Made by a program: the position numbers and the translations under genes. The notes beneath the pieces are model-generated. The model saw nothing but the letters and a program-made list of their open reading frames with translations. It made no database searches and was not told the DNA's origin. Positions 19,543-28,975 of a stretch of DNA of 64,000 bases are shown here, in pieces (positions within the stretch are counted from its first letter, which is position 1; each line of letters starts with the position of its first letter). Source of the stretch: an uncultured Thermoplasmata archaeon (GTDB taxonomy: Archaea > Thermoplasmatota > Thermoplasmata > Lutacidiplasmatales > UBA184); the NCBI GenBank assembly GCA_963730815.1, contig CAVSTD010000011.1, positions 41,168 to 105,167 on the forward strand, read 5' to 3'.

Positions 19543-20544
19543 ATGAGGCATCCGATGACGTGGACGAGGGCCAATTGCGGGGACATATCGACTCGCCCGC
19601 CCCGCGCGGCGGTAGGGGTGGGCTCCCTGTCCCTCGCGGTCGGCCTGCTTCTCCTCCTATCTCCGGTAGCGTCAGCCGCGACCCCGACGACTTCTTGGGG
19701 AATCGCGCCGTCGTCTTGGTCGAACGGAATCGTCCTCTGCCAGTTTTCGCCGGGCGTGCCCACGGTCGGAGTGTCGGCCCTTTCCCGGGCGGACACGGGA
19801 ATGTCCGCCACGCTAGGATCGATTTCGGAAGTCACCGCAGCGGGAAGTCTTGTCGCGACCGCGGCCCTCCCGTCGAACTCCTGGGCGGCAACCAACTTCT
19901 CGAGCGATGACGCCTACGACCTTGGCTACACGGTTCACGCGCCGGTGACCGCTCCGTCGGCCCCGTTCCCCGTTCTCGGTTTCGCCGATGCTCGGGTCGA
20001 TTTCGTCCTGCCGATCTATGCCGGATCTTCATCGGGGCCGACCGACACGGTCGCGATCGAGATTCAGGTGTCGAACTGGTCCTGGCAAGCGGCCGGTGAC
20101 CATCTCGCGGTGACGCTCACGCTGTGGCCGTCGTTCGCCAGCGAGGAACACCTGCTCCTCGGAACCTCGCCCGGGTCCCTCATGTCGGGCGTTTCCACTA
20201 CGAGCGGATCGACGTTCGAGCAGATGTCCGCCGCAACGAGCGCGGTCGCCAATACCGGCCTACCTTCCGCTACCAGCATTCCGGCGACACCCTCCGCGTC
20301 GGGAAATTCCTCGCTCGGAACCGTTGCGGTGACGTTCGGAGCGGGCGCCGGAGAGTTCACCTCTGTCAGCTATACCGCCAACGTTCAGGTTTTGTTCCCG
20401 GCCACGGTCGCCGGCATCCCCACGGTGGACTTGGTCGTGGTCGGCGGAGTCGCAACGCTCGTCGCCCTCCTCGTAGCGGCCGGCACCCGTTACGCGCGCC
20501 GCCGGCCCTCGGACCTCACGTATGTCGACGAGGAGGAACCGTGA
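19543..20544 (+). CDS. Cell-surface (S-layer-like) protein with N-terminal signal peptide and C-terminal TM anchor
   Basis: Signal 'AAVGVGSLSLAVGLLLLLSPVASAATP'; Ser/Thr/Ala-rich extracellular region with sequons (NWS, NSS); C-terminal 'VDLVVVGGVATLVALLVAAGTRYARRRP'. Start moved to the internal ATG (19543) to avoid overlapping the regulator. Confidence 0.5.
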   Translation: MRHPMTWTRANCGDISTRPPRAAVGVGSLSLAVGLLLLLSPVASAATPTTSWGIAPSSWSNGIVLCQFSPGVPTVGVSALSRADTGMSATLGSISEVTAAGSLVATAALPSNSWAATNFSSDDAYDLGYTVHAPVTAPSAPFPVLGFADARVDFVLPIYAGSSSGPTDTVAIEIQVSNWSWQAAGDHLAVTLTLWPSFASEEHLLLGTSPGSLMSGVSTTSGSTFEQMSAATSAVANTGLPSATSIPATPSASGNSSLGTVAVTFGAGAGEFTSVSYTANVQVLFPATVAGIPTVDLVVVGGVATLVALLVAAGTRYARRRPSDLTYVDEEEP

Positions 20545-20833
20545 TCCCGGACCCGATTCTGGAACCCGTCATTTCGTGTCGAACTCTGCAACTCGACTGC
20601 GGCCACCAGATTGAAGTGCCGCTCGGGGTCGGAGCGCCCGCGCTGGCCGCGGGTCTCGTGCAGCATCGACTCTCCTGCCGCGGGATCGAGACTCCCGGCC
20701 TATCCCTGACCGTCTCTGAGTTTCCCCTTTCGATCTTTCGAGGAGTGGCCAACCGCTGATGGCTCGGACCGTTCTCTGCGAGAACTTTGTTGCGGACAGG
20801 TGAGCGAACAGAACCATTCCGAGGAGAGGGACG

Positions 20834-22855
20834 ATGGCAGGAAGTTCGCCCGGCATCGGAACCTCGCTTTCCTCGGGTCCCCTCACGCTCGCCGCGGGCA
20901 TCGTTGCCTACAACGAGGAGCCCCACCTGCGCACGGCGGTCCGATCGCTCATCGATCAGAAACTGCCGGAGGGAGTGGATTGGGGGGAGATATGGGTAGT
21001 AGCTAGCGGGTGTACCGACCGTACCGTCGAAATCGCTCACGCGCTAGCTGAGGAGGAACCTCGCGTCCGTGTGGTGGTGGAACCGGACCGGGGAGGGAAG
21101 GCGCGCGCCCTTCGGCAAGTGTTTCAGCGGGCGTCGGGCGACGCCCTCGTTCTCCTGAACTCCGACGCCCGCGCCGAACCCGGAGCCGTCGAGCAACTGG
21201 TGCGCGTCGCCGAAGGCAAAGAGGCGCCGTTTGCGGTCATGGCCCGACCCGTCGTTCCTCGGGAGGCTACTGGCCCTTGGGCCCCCACTTTTCGATGGAT
21301 GTGGCACCTCCATCACGAATTTCACGCGCAACTGCTCTCGACCGGGACTGGCGGACACCTTTCGGACGAACTCTTGCTCGTCAGTCTCCCGAGCGTCCCG
21401 CCGATTCCTGATGGGATAATCAACGATGGTTCGTACCTCGCAGTCTGGCTGGCACAGCACTCGGGAGGACGATGGTACGCCGCCGACGCCCGGGTCTCCA
21501 TCGAAGTTCCAGGTACCGTAGGCGACCACCTACGCCAACGCCGAAGAATCCACGTCGGCAACGCCCAGGTAACTTCGGTTTTGCGGGAGCCCCCCTCCAC
21601 AATCCCCCGCCAGTTGATCGAGAGGCCGGTGGACACCGCCCGGCTCCTTAGGAAGATGATCGCTCGAGAGGGAGGAGTCGTCCATTTCGGGCGACTCGCT
21701 GCGTGGGAGCTCACTTCCTACGTACTCGCGGCCTGGGATCGACTGCCTCCTCAGAGGGACCACGTTCGATGGCATCGCGCCCGATCGACCGGCCCGCTAG
21801 AGCTTGTGGGTCCGCAGGCTCTCTCCTGCTTAGACACTCAAGCAATTGCCGATTTCGCAGTCCCACTTGAGCATCGCATCACGGCGGTCGTCGGGGCGGC
21901 CTCGCAATTCGGGACGGGCATACTCCTGCCGGAGCTCCTCCGTCTCTTGCCCAACGACGCGCCTGCCACCGTTCCCGAAGTCCGAGACTGGCTCGAAACT
22001 CGGCCGCATCTTGCCCGGGTAGAGGGGGAGTCAGCGTTCGCCCCCGAAACCCTGCCAACCGCGGAGCAGGAGCGGCTCGAACGCGGCCGGCATTACCTCG
22101 ATTTGGCGAAGGCGCTCTTAGCTGGTCCGCTGCGCGGCGCCCGCGCGGTCTCTCACTGCGTTTGCGTCACCGGATCCGCCGCGTACGGTATGCCTCAGCA
22201 GGGGGACGACCTCGACCTGTTCGTCGTGACCCGGACCGGCGGTCTGTGGTGGTTCCTCGCCTACTCCTACCTCTGCATTCGGATCGCTCGCAGGCGACGT
22301 ACGGGCGGGGCCGAAGCGACGCCTTGCTTCAACCTCGTTCTGGAAGACGGAGCAGCGCTCGGTGAGTTCGCTCGCAGCCAAGGGTTCCTCTTCGCGCGGG
22401 AGGCGCTCACCGCACAACCGATCCACGGGGACGAGTACTACCGCGGGCTCTTGTCGAAGGCGGGCTGGATGAAGGAGGAGATCCCGCGTCTCTACTCCGA
22501 AAAGAACCAGGGGCCGGTCGAGTCGGGTTCCCTCGCGCGCCCCGCTCCGATTCTCGTGCGCCTACTCAGCGCGGCAGTCTTTCCGTGGTTGGCCGCCTAT
22601 CTCCAGCTCGCGGGACTCCGCCGGGACCGTGGATTCCGTCAGGCATCGATGCCGGACCACCGGTTCCGGACCGAAACTCGCTGGCGGCGGCTCGCGTTCG
22701 CCTCGCGGAAATTCGAGCGGCTGCGCGAGAGCTACCGCGCGCCGAGCCCCTTCCCCCCAACCGCCGTCTCCGAGAGCCGGTCGTCGAATCCGAATGGCCC
22801 GACCTCACGTCGTCGATACGCCGGAACGATGGCCGCACCTTCGACCAGCGATTGA
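20834..22855 (+). CDS. Glycosyltransferase family 2 fused to a C-terminal nucleotidyltransferase-fold (minimal NTase-like) domain
   Basis: N-terminal 'LAAGIVAYNEEPHLRTAVRSLIDQ...LLNSDARAEPGAV' GT2 domain; C-terminal 'CVCVTGSAAYGMPQQGDDLDLFVV' fits the hG[GS]x9-13Dh[DE]h NTase signature. Confidence 0.6.
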   Translation: MAGSSPGIGTSLSSGPLTLAAGIVAYNEEPHLRTAVRSLIDQKLPEGVDWGEIWVVASGCTDRTVEIAHALAEEEPRVRVVVEPDRGGKARALRQVFQRASGDALVLLNSDARAEPGAVEQLVRVAEGKEAPFAVMARPVVPREATGPWAPTFRWMWHLHHEFHAQLLSTGTGGHLSDELLLVSLPSVPPIPDGIINDGSYLAVWLAQHSGGRWYAADARVSIEVPGTVGDHLRQRRRIHVGNAQVTSVLREPPSTIPRQLIERPVDTARLLRKMIAREGGVVHFGRLAAWELTSYVLAAWDRLPPQRDHVRWHRARSTGPLELVGPQALSCLDTQAIADFAVPLEHRITAVVGAASQFGTGILLPELLRLLPNDAPATVPEVRDWLETRPHLARVEGESAFAPETLPTAEQERLERGRHYLDLAKALLAGPLRGARAVSHCVCVTGSAAYGMPQQGDDLDLFVVTRTGGLWWFLAYSYLCIRIARRRRTGGAEATPCFNLVLEDGAALGEFARSQGFLFAREALTAQPIHGDEYYRGLLSKAGWMKEEIPRLYSEKNQGPVESGSLARPAPILVRLLSAAVFPWLAAYLQLAGLRRDRGFRQASMPDHRFRTETRWRRLAFASRKFERLRESYRAPSPFPPTAVSESRSSNPNGPTSRRRYAGTMAAPSTSD

Positions 22856-22894
22856 ACGCAGGCGACATTACGGTCGACTGCCTCGGGGTAGAGC

Positions 22895-24148
22895 GTGTCG
22901 TCGGCGAGGTCGGGAAGTACGGAGACCGCATCGTCCTTCGACGCGGAGTCCTCATCCGCACCGGTCGAAGACGGTAGTCTCGAGCTGATCCTCTTGAGCG
23001 GATTGGTCCCGCTCGGCTTCGTTCGCGAAGCGGACCTCGTCTTCCTGGTGGGACGAGAACGATCCGCCCGATGGCCCGTGGAGATTCTCCGCACCGGCGC
23101 GGCCCGGCTGAAGATCTCGGGCCGAACCGAACTGGGTTCCACCGAGCTGATCTCGGATCCGGTCGAAAAACAACGGGTCCTCGAACTGTTTCAGGAAAAG
23201 TATGGCCCTCGGCGATTCGCCCGTTGGTACGGAGATCCGGCGCGCGTCCTGCGCGTCCACCTCGGTGCGGCGGGGCCGCCCTCGGGGGGCGACGAACAAT
23301 ATCACGGTTGGCTCTCCGCCGAGTTTGACAACGTCGCCGAGGACTACGATCGGCACATCCTGGGAAACCGGATCAACCGACTGCTCCGGGACCGCTCCCT
23401 CGCGGAACTCCGCAGGACCTTCGTACGCTCCCCTCGGCTTCTCGAGATAGGCTGTGGCTCCGGAATGGAGACCCTCCCCTTGCTAGGGGAGGGACACGAG
23501 GTCTTTTGCGTCGACCTCTCCGAACGGATGCTCGAGGTGGTCCGGCAGAAAGCCCGCCGGGACGGAGTCTCCGAACGTCTGCGGACCGAGCGATTAGCCG
23601 CGGCCTCGATCCCCCGACTCTTAGAGGAACTCGGGCCGGGGGCGTTCGACGGAGCGTATTCGACCTACGGGGCGTTGAACTGCGAGGCGGAGCTCGCGTC
23701 AATTCCACCGGCACTCCACGGACTGGTCCGCTCCGGAGGAAAGTTCGTGGCCGGAGTGTACAATCGATGGTGCGCGTTCGAGCTGTTAGGGTACTCGCTC
23801 ACCGGTCAATTCGGCCGGGCATTCGGGCGCTTCGATCGTCCGGTCCGAGTCGGCTCGTCCCGGTTTTGCGTGGACATTTACGCGCACTCAGAACCGACCT
23901 TTGCCCGGACGTTCGCCCCGTGGTTCCTTCCGGAGCGCATCGTGGGCGTTCCTGTCCTTCTCCCTCCCTCCGACCTCGTGGGGTACGCCGAGAAATTTGA
24001 TCACGGTTTCAACCGCCTTGACCGATGGGACCGGTTCTTGTCCGCGCGTTGGCCGTTCCGATACCTCGGGGACCACTTTCTGATGACCATGCGTCGTGCC
24101 GAACTCATGGTTCCGCCTTCGCCTACCGTTTCGGTCAGGGCCGGTTAG
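22895..24148 (+). CDS. Two-domain protein: N-terminal PPOX/DUF385-like beta-barrel domain fused to a class I SAM-dependent methyltransferase
   Basis: Motif I 'LLEIGCGSGMETLPLLGEGHEVFCVDLSERMLEVVRQKA' and motif II/III 'DGAYSTYGALNCE...LVRSGGKFVAGVY'; N-terminal 'ADLVFLVGRERSARWPVEILRTGAARLKISG...RWYGDP' resembles deazaflavin/FMN-binding barrel proteins (inference). True start may be an internal ATG. Confidence 0.6.
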   Translation: MSSARSGSTETASSFDAESSSAPVEDGSLELILLSGLVPLGFVREADLVFLVGRERSARWPVEILRTGAARLKISGRTELGSTELISDPVEKQRVLELFQEKYGPRRFARWYGDPARVLRVHLGAAGPPSGGDEQYHGWLSAEFDNVAEDYDRHILGNRINRLLRDRSLAELRRTFVRSPRLLEIGCGSGMETLPLLGEGHEVFCVDLSERMLEVVRQKARRDGVSERLRTERLAAASIPRLLEELGPGAFDGAYSTYGALNCEAELASIPPALHGLVRSGGKFVAGVYNRWCAFELLGYSLTGQFGRAFGRFDRPVRVGSSRFCVDIYAHSEPTFARTFAPWFLPERIVGVPVLLPPSDLVGYAEKFDHGFNRLDRWDRFLSARWPFRYLGDHFLMTMRRAELMVPPSPTVSVRAG

Positions 24149-24977
24149 GAACCGTTCCGGCGGGGTTCGTGGTGCGGTCCAGTCGAGACCAATGCACCGG
24201 GTCGGTGAATCCCCGCAGGAGTTTGAGGTAGAAGATCGGACTGTAGGCGACGTTCCGCACCCGCCGGCTGTTGAGGTGCATCAGGAGGACCACCGCCGCC
24301 GCGTAGGCGAGCTCACGTGGGTTCCATCCGGAAGAGCGACGGATGGCAGCCCCCTGGAACTCGGGCCAATGGGGCGACGCCCGGTAGGTCCCGTAGTGAC
24401 GCATCGCGTCCGGAACGTAGCGGGTCTTCAGACCTTGCTGACGGGCGGCTCGCTGGAGGTAGTAGGTCTCCCGACCTTGGGCACTATCCGGGATTCCCGC
24501 ATCGAGAGCCCAGCGCCGACCGAGCATCGTCAACCCCAAAGGGAGGCCGTAACGGAACCGGTGACCGACATTCATCCCGACGACCGCAGCCGTCCCCGGG
24601 CGCGCGTACTCTGCGAGCGCGCGAGTGTAGAAGTCGGGCCGATCGATCTGGACGTCACTGTCGACGAAGAGGACGGGGTCAGTATCGGCGGTGGCGAGGG
24701 CCAAGTTCCGCGCGCGTCCGAGCCCGGTTTGATCCTCGAACACCTTCGCCCCATAATCGCTCGCGATCTCGGCCGAACCGTCTCGGCTCGCCCGGTCTAT
24801 TATGATCAGGTGGTGCACCGGAACGAATGCGCGAACGGAGGTGAGCGCCGCTGCGAGGGTCGCCGCCGACTCATAGGTGGCCATGAGGACGTCTATCGGT
24901 GGTACCTTTGCCGCGGACGAACCGGAGTCTTCCCCCGGGAGCGAAAACATCGAACGACTTCCGGCTCTGGAGGTCAT
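24135..24977 (-). CDS. Glycosyltransferase family 2
   Basis: 'IDVLMATYESAATLAAALTSVRAFVPVHHLIIIDRASRDGSAEIASDYGAKV' and 'VLFVDSDVQID' (DxD). Confidence 0.7.
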   Translation of the reverse strand: MTSRAGSRSMFSLPGEDSGSSAAKVPPIDVLMATYESAATLAAALTSVRAFVPVHHLIIIDRASRDGSAEIASDYGAKVFEDQTGLGRARNLALATADTDPVLFVDSDVQIDRPDFYTRALAEYARPGTAAVVGMNVGHRFRYGLPLGLTMLGRRWALDAGIPDSAQGRETYYLQRAARQQGLKTRYVPDAMRHYGTYRASPHWPEFQGAAIRRSSGWNPRELAYAAAVVLLMHLNSRRVRNVAYSPIFYLKLLRGFTDPVHWSRLDRTTNPAGTVPNRP

Positions 24978-25025
24978 GGTTTTTCGTCTCCGACTGGAAC
25001 TAGTGAATGGGAACCTTCTAGAGTT

Positions 25026-26228
25026 TCACGATCCTTGTTCGGAAGGCTCCAGCAGTGCCATCGCCCCGGTACCGTGTCCCGAAGCGGCGTTGTAGGATCC
25101 CACTCCGACCATCAGGACCGCTTCCGTTCCGAACTCGGGAGCCGGAATCCCGCCCTGTATGTCTCCGGTGTCAAACGCAGAGGGAAGTGCCGTCGAATAG
25201 TCGGTCGCAGAGGACGTTGCGCTTCCGGTCCAGAACGCGAGCTCCGGAACGAATGCATCTTCGGCAGTCTGACCCTTACCCGCAACGAACCAACCATGGT
25301 CGGCCGAAACGATCATCAGGGCCAGCCGGTCGAACCCCGACGGAAGCATTGTCGCCGCCGTGGCTGCCTCCCCGCGCACCCACACGAGCTCGCTTCCGTC
25401 TCCTCCAGCTAGCCAGGACGTCCCATTCCAAGCCGCCGAGTAGACACCGCCGTTCTGGAACGGCGACCTCGGGAATAGGTCCACGTACCCCGTACTGGTC
25501 CAAAGTCCGAACACGCCGTGCCCACCGACCATCCACTCGCCACCATTCCAGACGAGCATCTGGACCCAGGGTTGCGAGCCGTGGCCCACGACCCGGGAAG
25601 AGAGGTCGGTGAAAGACCCGTTGTTCCAAGCAACTAGAGTCGCTGCCTTCGAGGAATTCCCTCCGATTAACCACGATGTCCCATTCCATCCCACGGACCA
25701 AACCCCCCCGCCAGCGAAATGGTCCGCGACCCGTCCCGTGAGGTTGGTTACCGTGCCGCCGCTCAGCGCGATCAGGACCCCTTGATCGGCACCTCCGGGC
25801 GAACGCTGGCCCCCGATCAACCAACTGGAACCGTTCCAGGCGATGGCGTACACACCCCCTTCGAAGAAGTAGCTCTGGACCAAGGATGTCTCATTCACGA
25901 CCGTTGGGCCGGAGGGGCCGGGCGAGAGGGCCGCGAAGACCGGCAACGAAAAGCCGGAGACCTGGGAATACACTCCAATCCCTCCAAGGAGGGTGGTGGT
26001 GGCGTTAGACCCGCCCGAAAGCATGACTCCGGGCTGGAACACCGGCCCCAGCGCCCGGGTCTCGTCGGAGATCTTGGCCGGAAGGGGGGCGCTGGTCGCC
26101 GTCACGAACGCTGGAGAGAAGGCTAACGCGAGAATCGCGCTGGCAACGGCGGACGCGGCCACGATTGAAACCGCCGCAGGAACCCGGTCCTGCATTACGT
26201 GGTAGTTCTTGCTTACTGGCTGGACCAT
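25026..26228 (-). CDS. Secreted/anchored repeat (beta-propeller-like) glycoprotein with WNG[ST]SWL[IA]GG repeats
   Basis: N-terminal hydrophobic anchor 'VPAAVSIVAASAVASAILALAF'; at least four ~45-aa repeats 'GGVYAIAWNGSSWLIGG', 'GGVWSVGWNGTSWLIGG', 'MLVWNGGEWMVGG', 'GGVYSAAWNGTSWLAGG', each embedding an N-glycosylation sequon. Confidence 0.55.
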   Translation of the reverse strand: MVQPVSKNYHVMQDRVPAAVSIVAASAVASAILALAFSPAFVTATSAPLPAKISDETRALGPVFQPGVMLSGGSNATTTLLGGIGVYSQVSGFSLPVFAALSPGPSGPTVVNETSLVQSYFFEGGVYAIAWNGSSWLIGGQRSPGGADQGVLIALSGGTVTNLTGRVADHFAGGGVWSVGWNGTSWLIGGNSSKAATLVAWNNGSFTDLSSRVVGHGSQPWVQMLVWNGGEWMVGGHGVFGLWTSTGYVDLFPRSPFQNGGVYSAAWNGTSWLAGGDGSELVWVRGEAATAATMLPSGFDRLALMIVSADHGWFVAGKGQTAEDAFVPELAFWTGSATSSATDYSTALPSAFDTGDIQGGIPAPEFGTEAVLMVGVGSYNAASGHGTGAMALLEPSEQGS

Positions 26229-26665
26229 TCCCCGGCCCTCACTATCTCCGCACTGGTAAATCGCCTCGTTAATGCTTGATGGGGAGACCGAAGCTCCGAT
26301 CCGGCCGTGTTAACGACCGGGGGCCGAGCGAGACTACCGCATCGCGGTCTTCCGAGCATCCTTGCGGAGCGCAATCGCGATGTCGGGAATGAAGTAATCG
26401 AGGTCCTCCACGATCCGGTCCCCTACCGGGCGTCGCTGGAGGACGACGCCCCCCGGTGAAGTAGGAAGAGGAAGGAGCAGCGAACCGTGTCGATCCCGAG
26501 GCACACCCCGTGGTCGGAGAACAGATACTTGATGGGGAGGCGTTCCGAGAGTATCTTCACGGTGCGTCCTGGTCTGGCGCAGCAAGGGCGCGGCATGCTT
26601 TTGGGTCTTTCCCAGGGAGCCCAAGGGACTATGCGGAGTTGAGAGCTGAGCCGACCGCTCCGACA

Positions 26666-27673
26666 ATGGACCGGGAAGAGTACCTCGTACGGCCGTTCAC
26701 GGACCTAGACTACGAGGCGGTCAGCCGGATCGGGCGGAAGGTGACTCCGGAATTCCCTTTCTCGCCGGAGGAAGAGCGCCAGTGGGTCGCCCGGTTCATG
26801 ACCTCGGACCGGATCAACGAGCGGTGGATCGTCGAAGAACGATCCACCTCCACGGTCGTCGCCTGGGGATCGATGTCCCACGCCCCGCACGCCTTCGAAC
26901 CCCGCAAGTTCTGGTCGGCAGTCGAAGTGGACCCGGCACATCGCGGCCGCGGGATCGGTCGGACCCTCGCGGCCCTGATCGAGTCCGAAGCCGGGTCTCA
27001 CGGTGCAGTCTGTCTGTGGACCAACGTTCGCACTGACGATCCTCGGAGCTTCGACTTTGCCCAACGGCACGGATTTCGCGAACTGCGTCGGGTCTGGATG
27101 AGCACGTTGGACCTCACCCAGGAACGACCCGAACCGGGGGCGGAGAGGGGAAAGGCCCTCGAGCGAGATGGAATGCGATTCACCACGCTCTCGGAAGAAG
27201 GGCCCGCTCGAGAGGAGACCCGCCGCAAACTCCTGGAACTTCTCAACGAGACATCCCGGGATGTCCCCCGCGTCGGCAAATTCGCGCCGATGACCTACGA
27301 ACAATTCGTGAAGGAATTCGAGTCGCCCTCGTTCCTCCCGGAGGCGTGCTTCCTGGCCGCCGTCGGGGACGAGTACGTCGCGATCTCCAGTCTGGAGCGA
27401 AGCCTGGCGGAACCGGACTCCTTGCGAGTCGATTTCACGGGCACCCGGTCTGCGTATCGAGGTCGAGGGGTTGCTTCCGAGTTGAAACGCCGGGCACTGG
27501 AGTACGCTCGAGCTCGGGGTGTGCGCTCCCTGCGGACCGTGAACGATTCGCTCAACCGGCCCATGTGGGCCATTAACGCGAAGCAGGGGTTCGTTCGAAC
27601 GTTCGAGTGGAGCGCCCAGGAACGGAGGTTTCCTCCTGCTCCAACGACTGGGGAGTCGGGAGAAAAGGGCTGA
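26666..27673 (+). CDS. GNAT family N-acetyltransferase (tandem GNAT-like domains)
   Basis: 'EERSTSTVVAWGSMSH...DPAHRGRGIGRTLAALIESEAGSHGAVCLWT' and a second 'VDFTGTRSAYRGRGVASELKRRALEYARARGVRSL' Q/RxxGxG/A motif; internal ATG start (M53 of the ORF) chosen. Confidence 0.65.
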   Translation: MDREEYLVRPFTDLDYEAVSRIGRKVTPEFPFSPEEERQWVARFMTSDRINERWIVEERSTSTVVAWGSMSHAPHAFEPRKFWSAVEVDPAHRGRGIGRTLAALIESEAGSHGAVCLWTNVRTDDPRSFDFAQRHGFRELRRVWMSTLDLTQERPEPGAERGKALERDGMRFTTLSEEGPAREETRRKLLELLNETSRDVPRVGKFAPMTYEQFVKEFESPSFLPEACFLAAVGDEYVAISSLERSLAEPDSLRVDFTGTRSAYRGRGVASELKRRALEYARARGVRSLRTVNDSLNRPMWAINAKQGFVRTFEWSAQERRFPPAPTTGESGEKG

Positions 27674-27811
27674 CGACGCGGAGATTCGAGTCGCTCGAAC
27701 TTCCGCGCGGTTCGGGACGCGGTTCGAAAATGCTTTTAACGGGTAGTCGCCTCTTCGGTTTGAATGGCCTGCTTTCCGTCGGAGGCGTAGACCTCCTTTG
27801 ACGCACCCCGC

Positions 27812-28372
27812 TTGAATCTTTCTCGGTCGGTCGTCATGGACGTCCTCGACGCAATCCGCTCCTTCCGCCCCTGCACTCAGTACAACCCGCGCCCCGTCGC
27901 GCCGGAGAAGCTGAAGGCGGTCCTCGCCGCCGCGCGACTGGCCCCGAGTCAGCACAACATGCAACCGTGGCGATTCGTGGTCGTTCAGGACGACGAGCGC
28001 AAGCGGCTCCTGGCGCAGGCTTCGAATCGGGGGAAGTTGATCGCCGAAGCCCCCGCCGTCATCGTCGCGTTCGCGGTCGAAGAGGACATTCCGGTGACGA
28101 TCGGCGGATACATCTCTGCCTATCCGCTCGATGTGGCGGTCGCCATCGCCCACATTCAGCTCGCCGCGACCGCGGAGGGTCTCGGTACCAACTGGATCAT
28201 CGAGTTCAACGACGAGAAGATCCGTTCCGTTCTGCACGTTCCTGAGGGAATCCACCCGATCGCGGTCATCCCGATCGGTTACCCCGTCGAAGGGAACGGC
28301 GCGGCCAAGCCGTCCGGTGACGGGCGGAAGAGTCCGGACGAGATTATCGCCTACAACGAATACCCCTGGTAG
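27812..28372 (+). CDS. Nitroreductase family protein
   Basis: 'VLDAIRSFRPCTQYNPRPVAPEKLKAVLAAARLAPSQHNMQPWRFVVVQDDE' canonical nitroreductase N-terminus. Confidence 0.7.
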   Translation: MNLSRSVVMDVLDAIRSFRPCTQYNPRPVAPEKLKAVLAAARLAPSQHNMQPWRFVVVQDDERKRLLAQASNRGKLIAEAPAVIVAFAVEEDIPVTIGGYISAYPLDVAVAIAHIQLAATAEGLGTNWIIEFNDEKIRSVLHVPEGIHPIAVIPIGYPVEGNGAAKPSGDGRKSPDEIIAYNEYPW

Positions 28373-28374
28373 GC

Positions 28375-28929
28375 GTGACCGACGTAACTTTCGTCAGCAC
28401 CAATCCCGGAAAGTTCCGGGAGGTGCGAGGCCTTCTGGACCCGTTCGGGGTCCGGACTCGTTGGCGGCGCCGCACGCTCCCCGAACCCCAGGCCGAGACG
28501 CTCGAAGAGGTGGTCGTCTCGAAGCTCGCCGGAGTCCGAGACATATCAGGGTACGTGTTGGTCGAGGATTCCGGTCTCTTCATCCCTTCTCTTCGCGGAT
28601 TTCCCGGGGTCTATTCGGCCCACTTTCTGAGGGTGTGGGGATTCGGTCCGGTCCTCGAACTCCTCCGACGAAGGAACCGCCGTGCCTACTTCCGAACGGT
28701 AGCGGGCCTCCAGCGCGGCCGCCGCCATTGGACGTTCGTCGGAGAGGTCCACGGGCGCATCGCCGAGAAACCGCGCGGTCGCCAGGGGTTCGGCTACGAC
28801 CCGATCTTCATTCCGGACGGGAGCTCTCGAACGTTCGGGGAGACTCCTCCCGAAAGCAAGAACGAATTGTCGCACCGGGCGCGCGCCATCCGCCAAGTGG
28901 GCGAACTACTCGGGACGCCGCGACAATAG
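28375..28929 (+). CDS. Non-canonical purine NTP pyrophosphatase (Ham1/RdgB/ITPase family)
   Basis: 'VTFVSTNPGKFREV' and 'FIPDGSSRTFGE...KNELSHRARA' Ham1 signature motifs; starts 3 nt after the nitroreductase stop. Confidence 0.8.
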   Translation: MTDVTFVSTNPGKFREVRGLLDPFGVRTRWRRRTLPEPQAETLEEVVVSKLAGVRDISGYVLVEDSGLFIPSLRGFPGVYSAHFLRVWGFGPVLELLRRRNRRAYFRTVAGLQRGRRHWTFVGEVHGRIAEKPRGRQGFGYDPIFIPDGSSRTFGETPPESKNELSHRARAIRQVGELLGTPRQ

Positions 28930-28975
28930 ATCGAATCGAAAATCCGCCAACCGGGATCGGGAAATAGAATCGTCC

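Noticed and set aside
24096-25412. 438-aa plus-strand ORF antisense to the GT2 gene (and similar long antisense ORFs, e.g. 1073..2359, 49028..50428, 52748..53971, 56530..58134, 57509..59242)
   Set aside because: Typical high-GC shadow ORFs: extreme Arg/Pro/Gly/Ala bias, no motifs, and they overlap strongly conserved genes on the other strand.
26334-26666. 110-aa minus-strand ORF in the repeat-protein/GNAT divergent intergenic region
   Set aside because: Low-complexity Pro/Arg/Leu-rich translation with only a short plausible C-terminal stretch; more likely promoter DNA. A G6/C6 run at ~26450 means an indel-disrupted small gene cannot be fully excluded.
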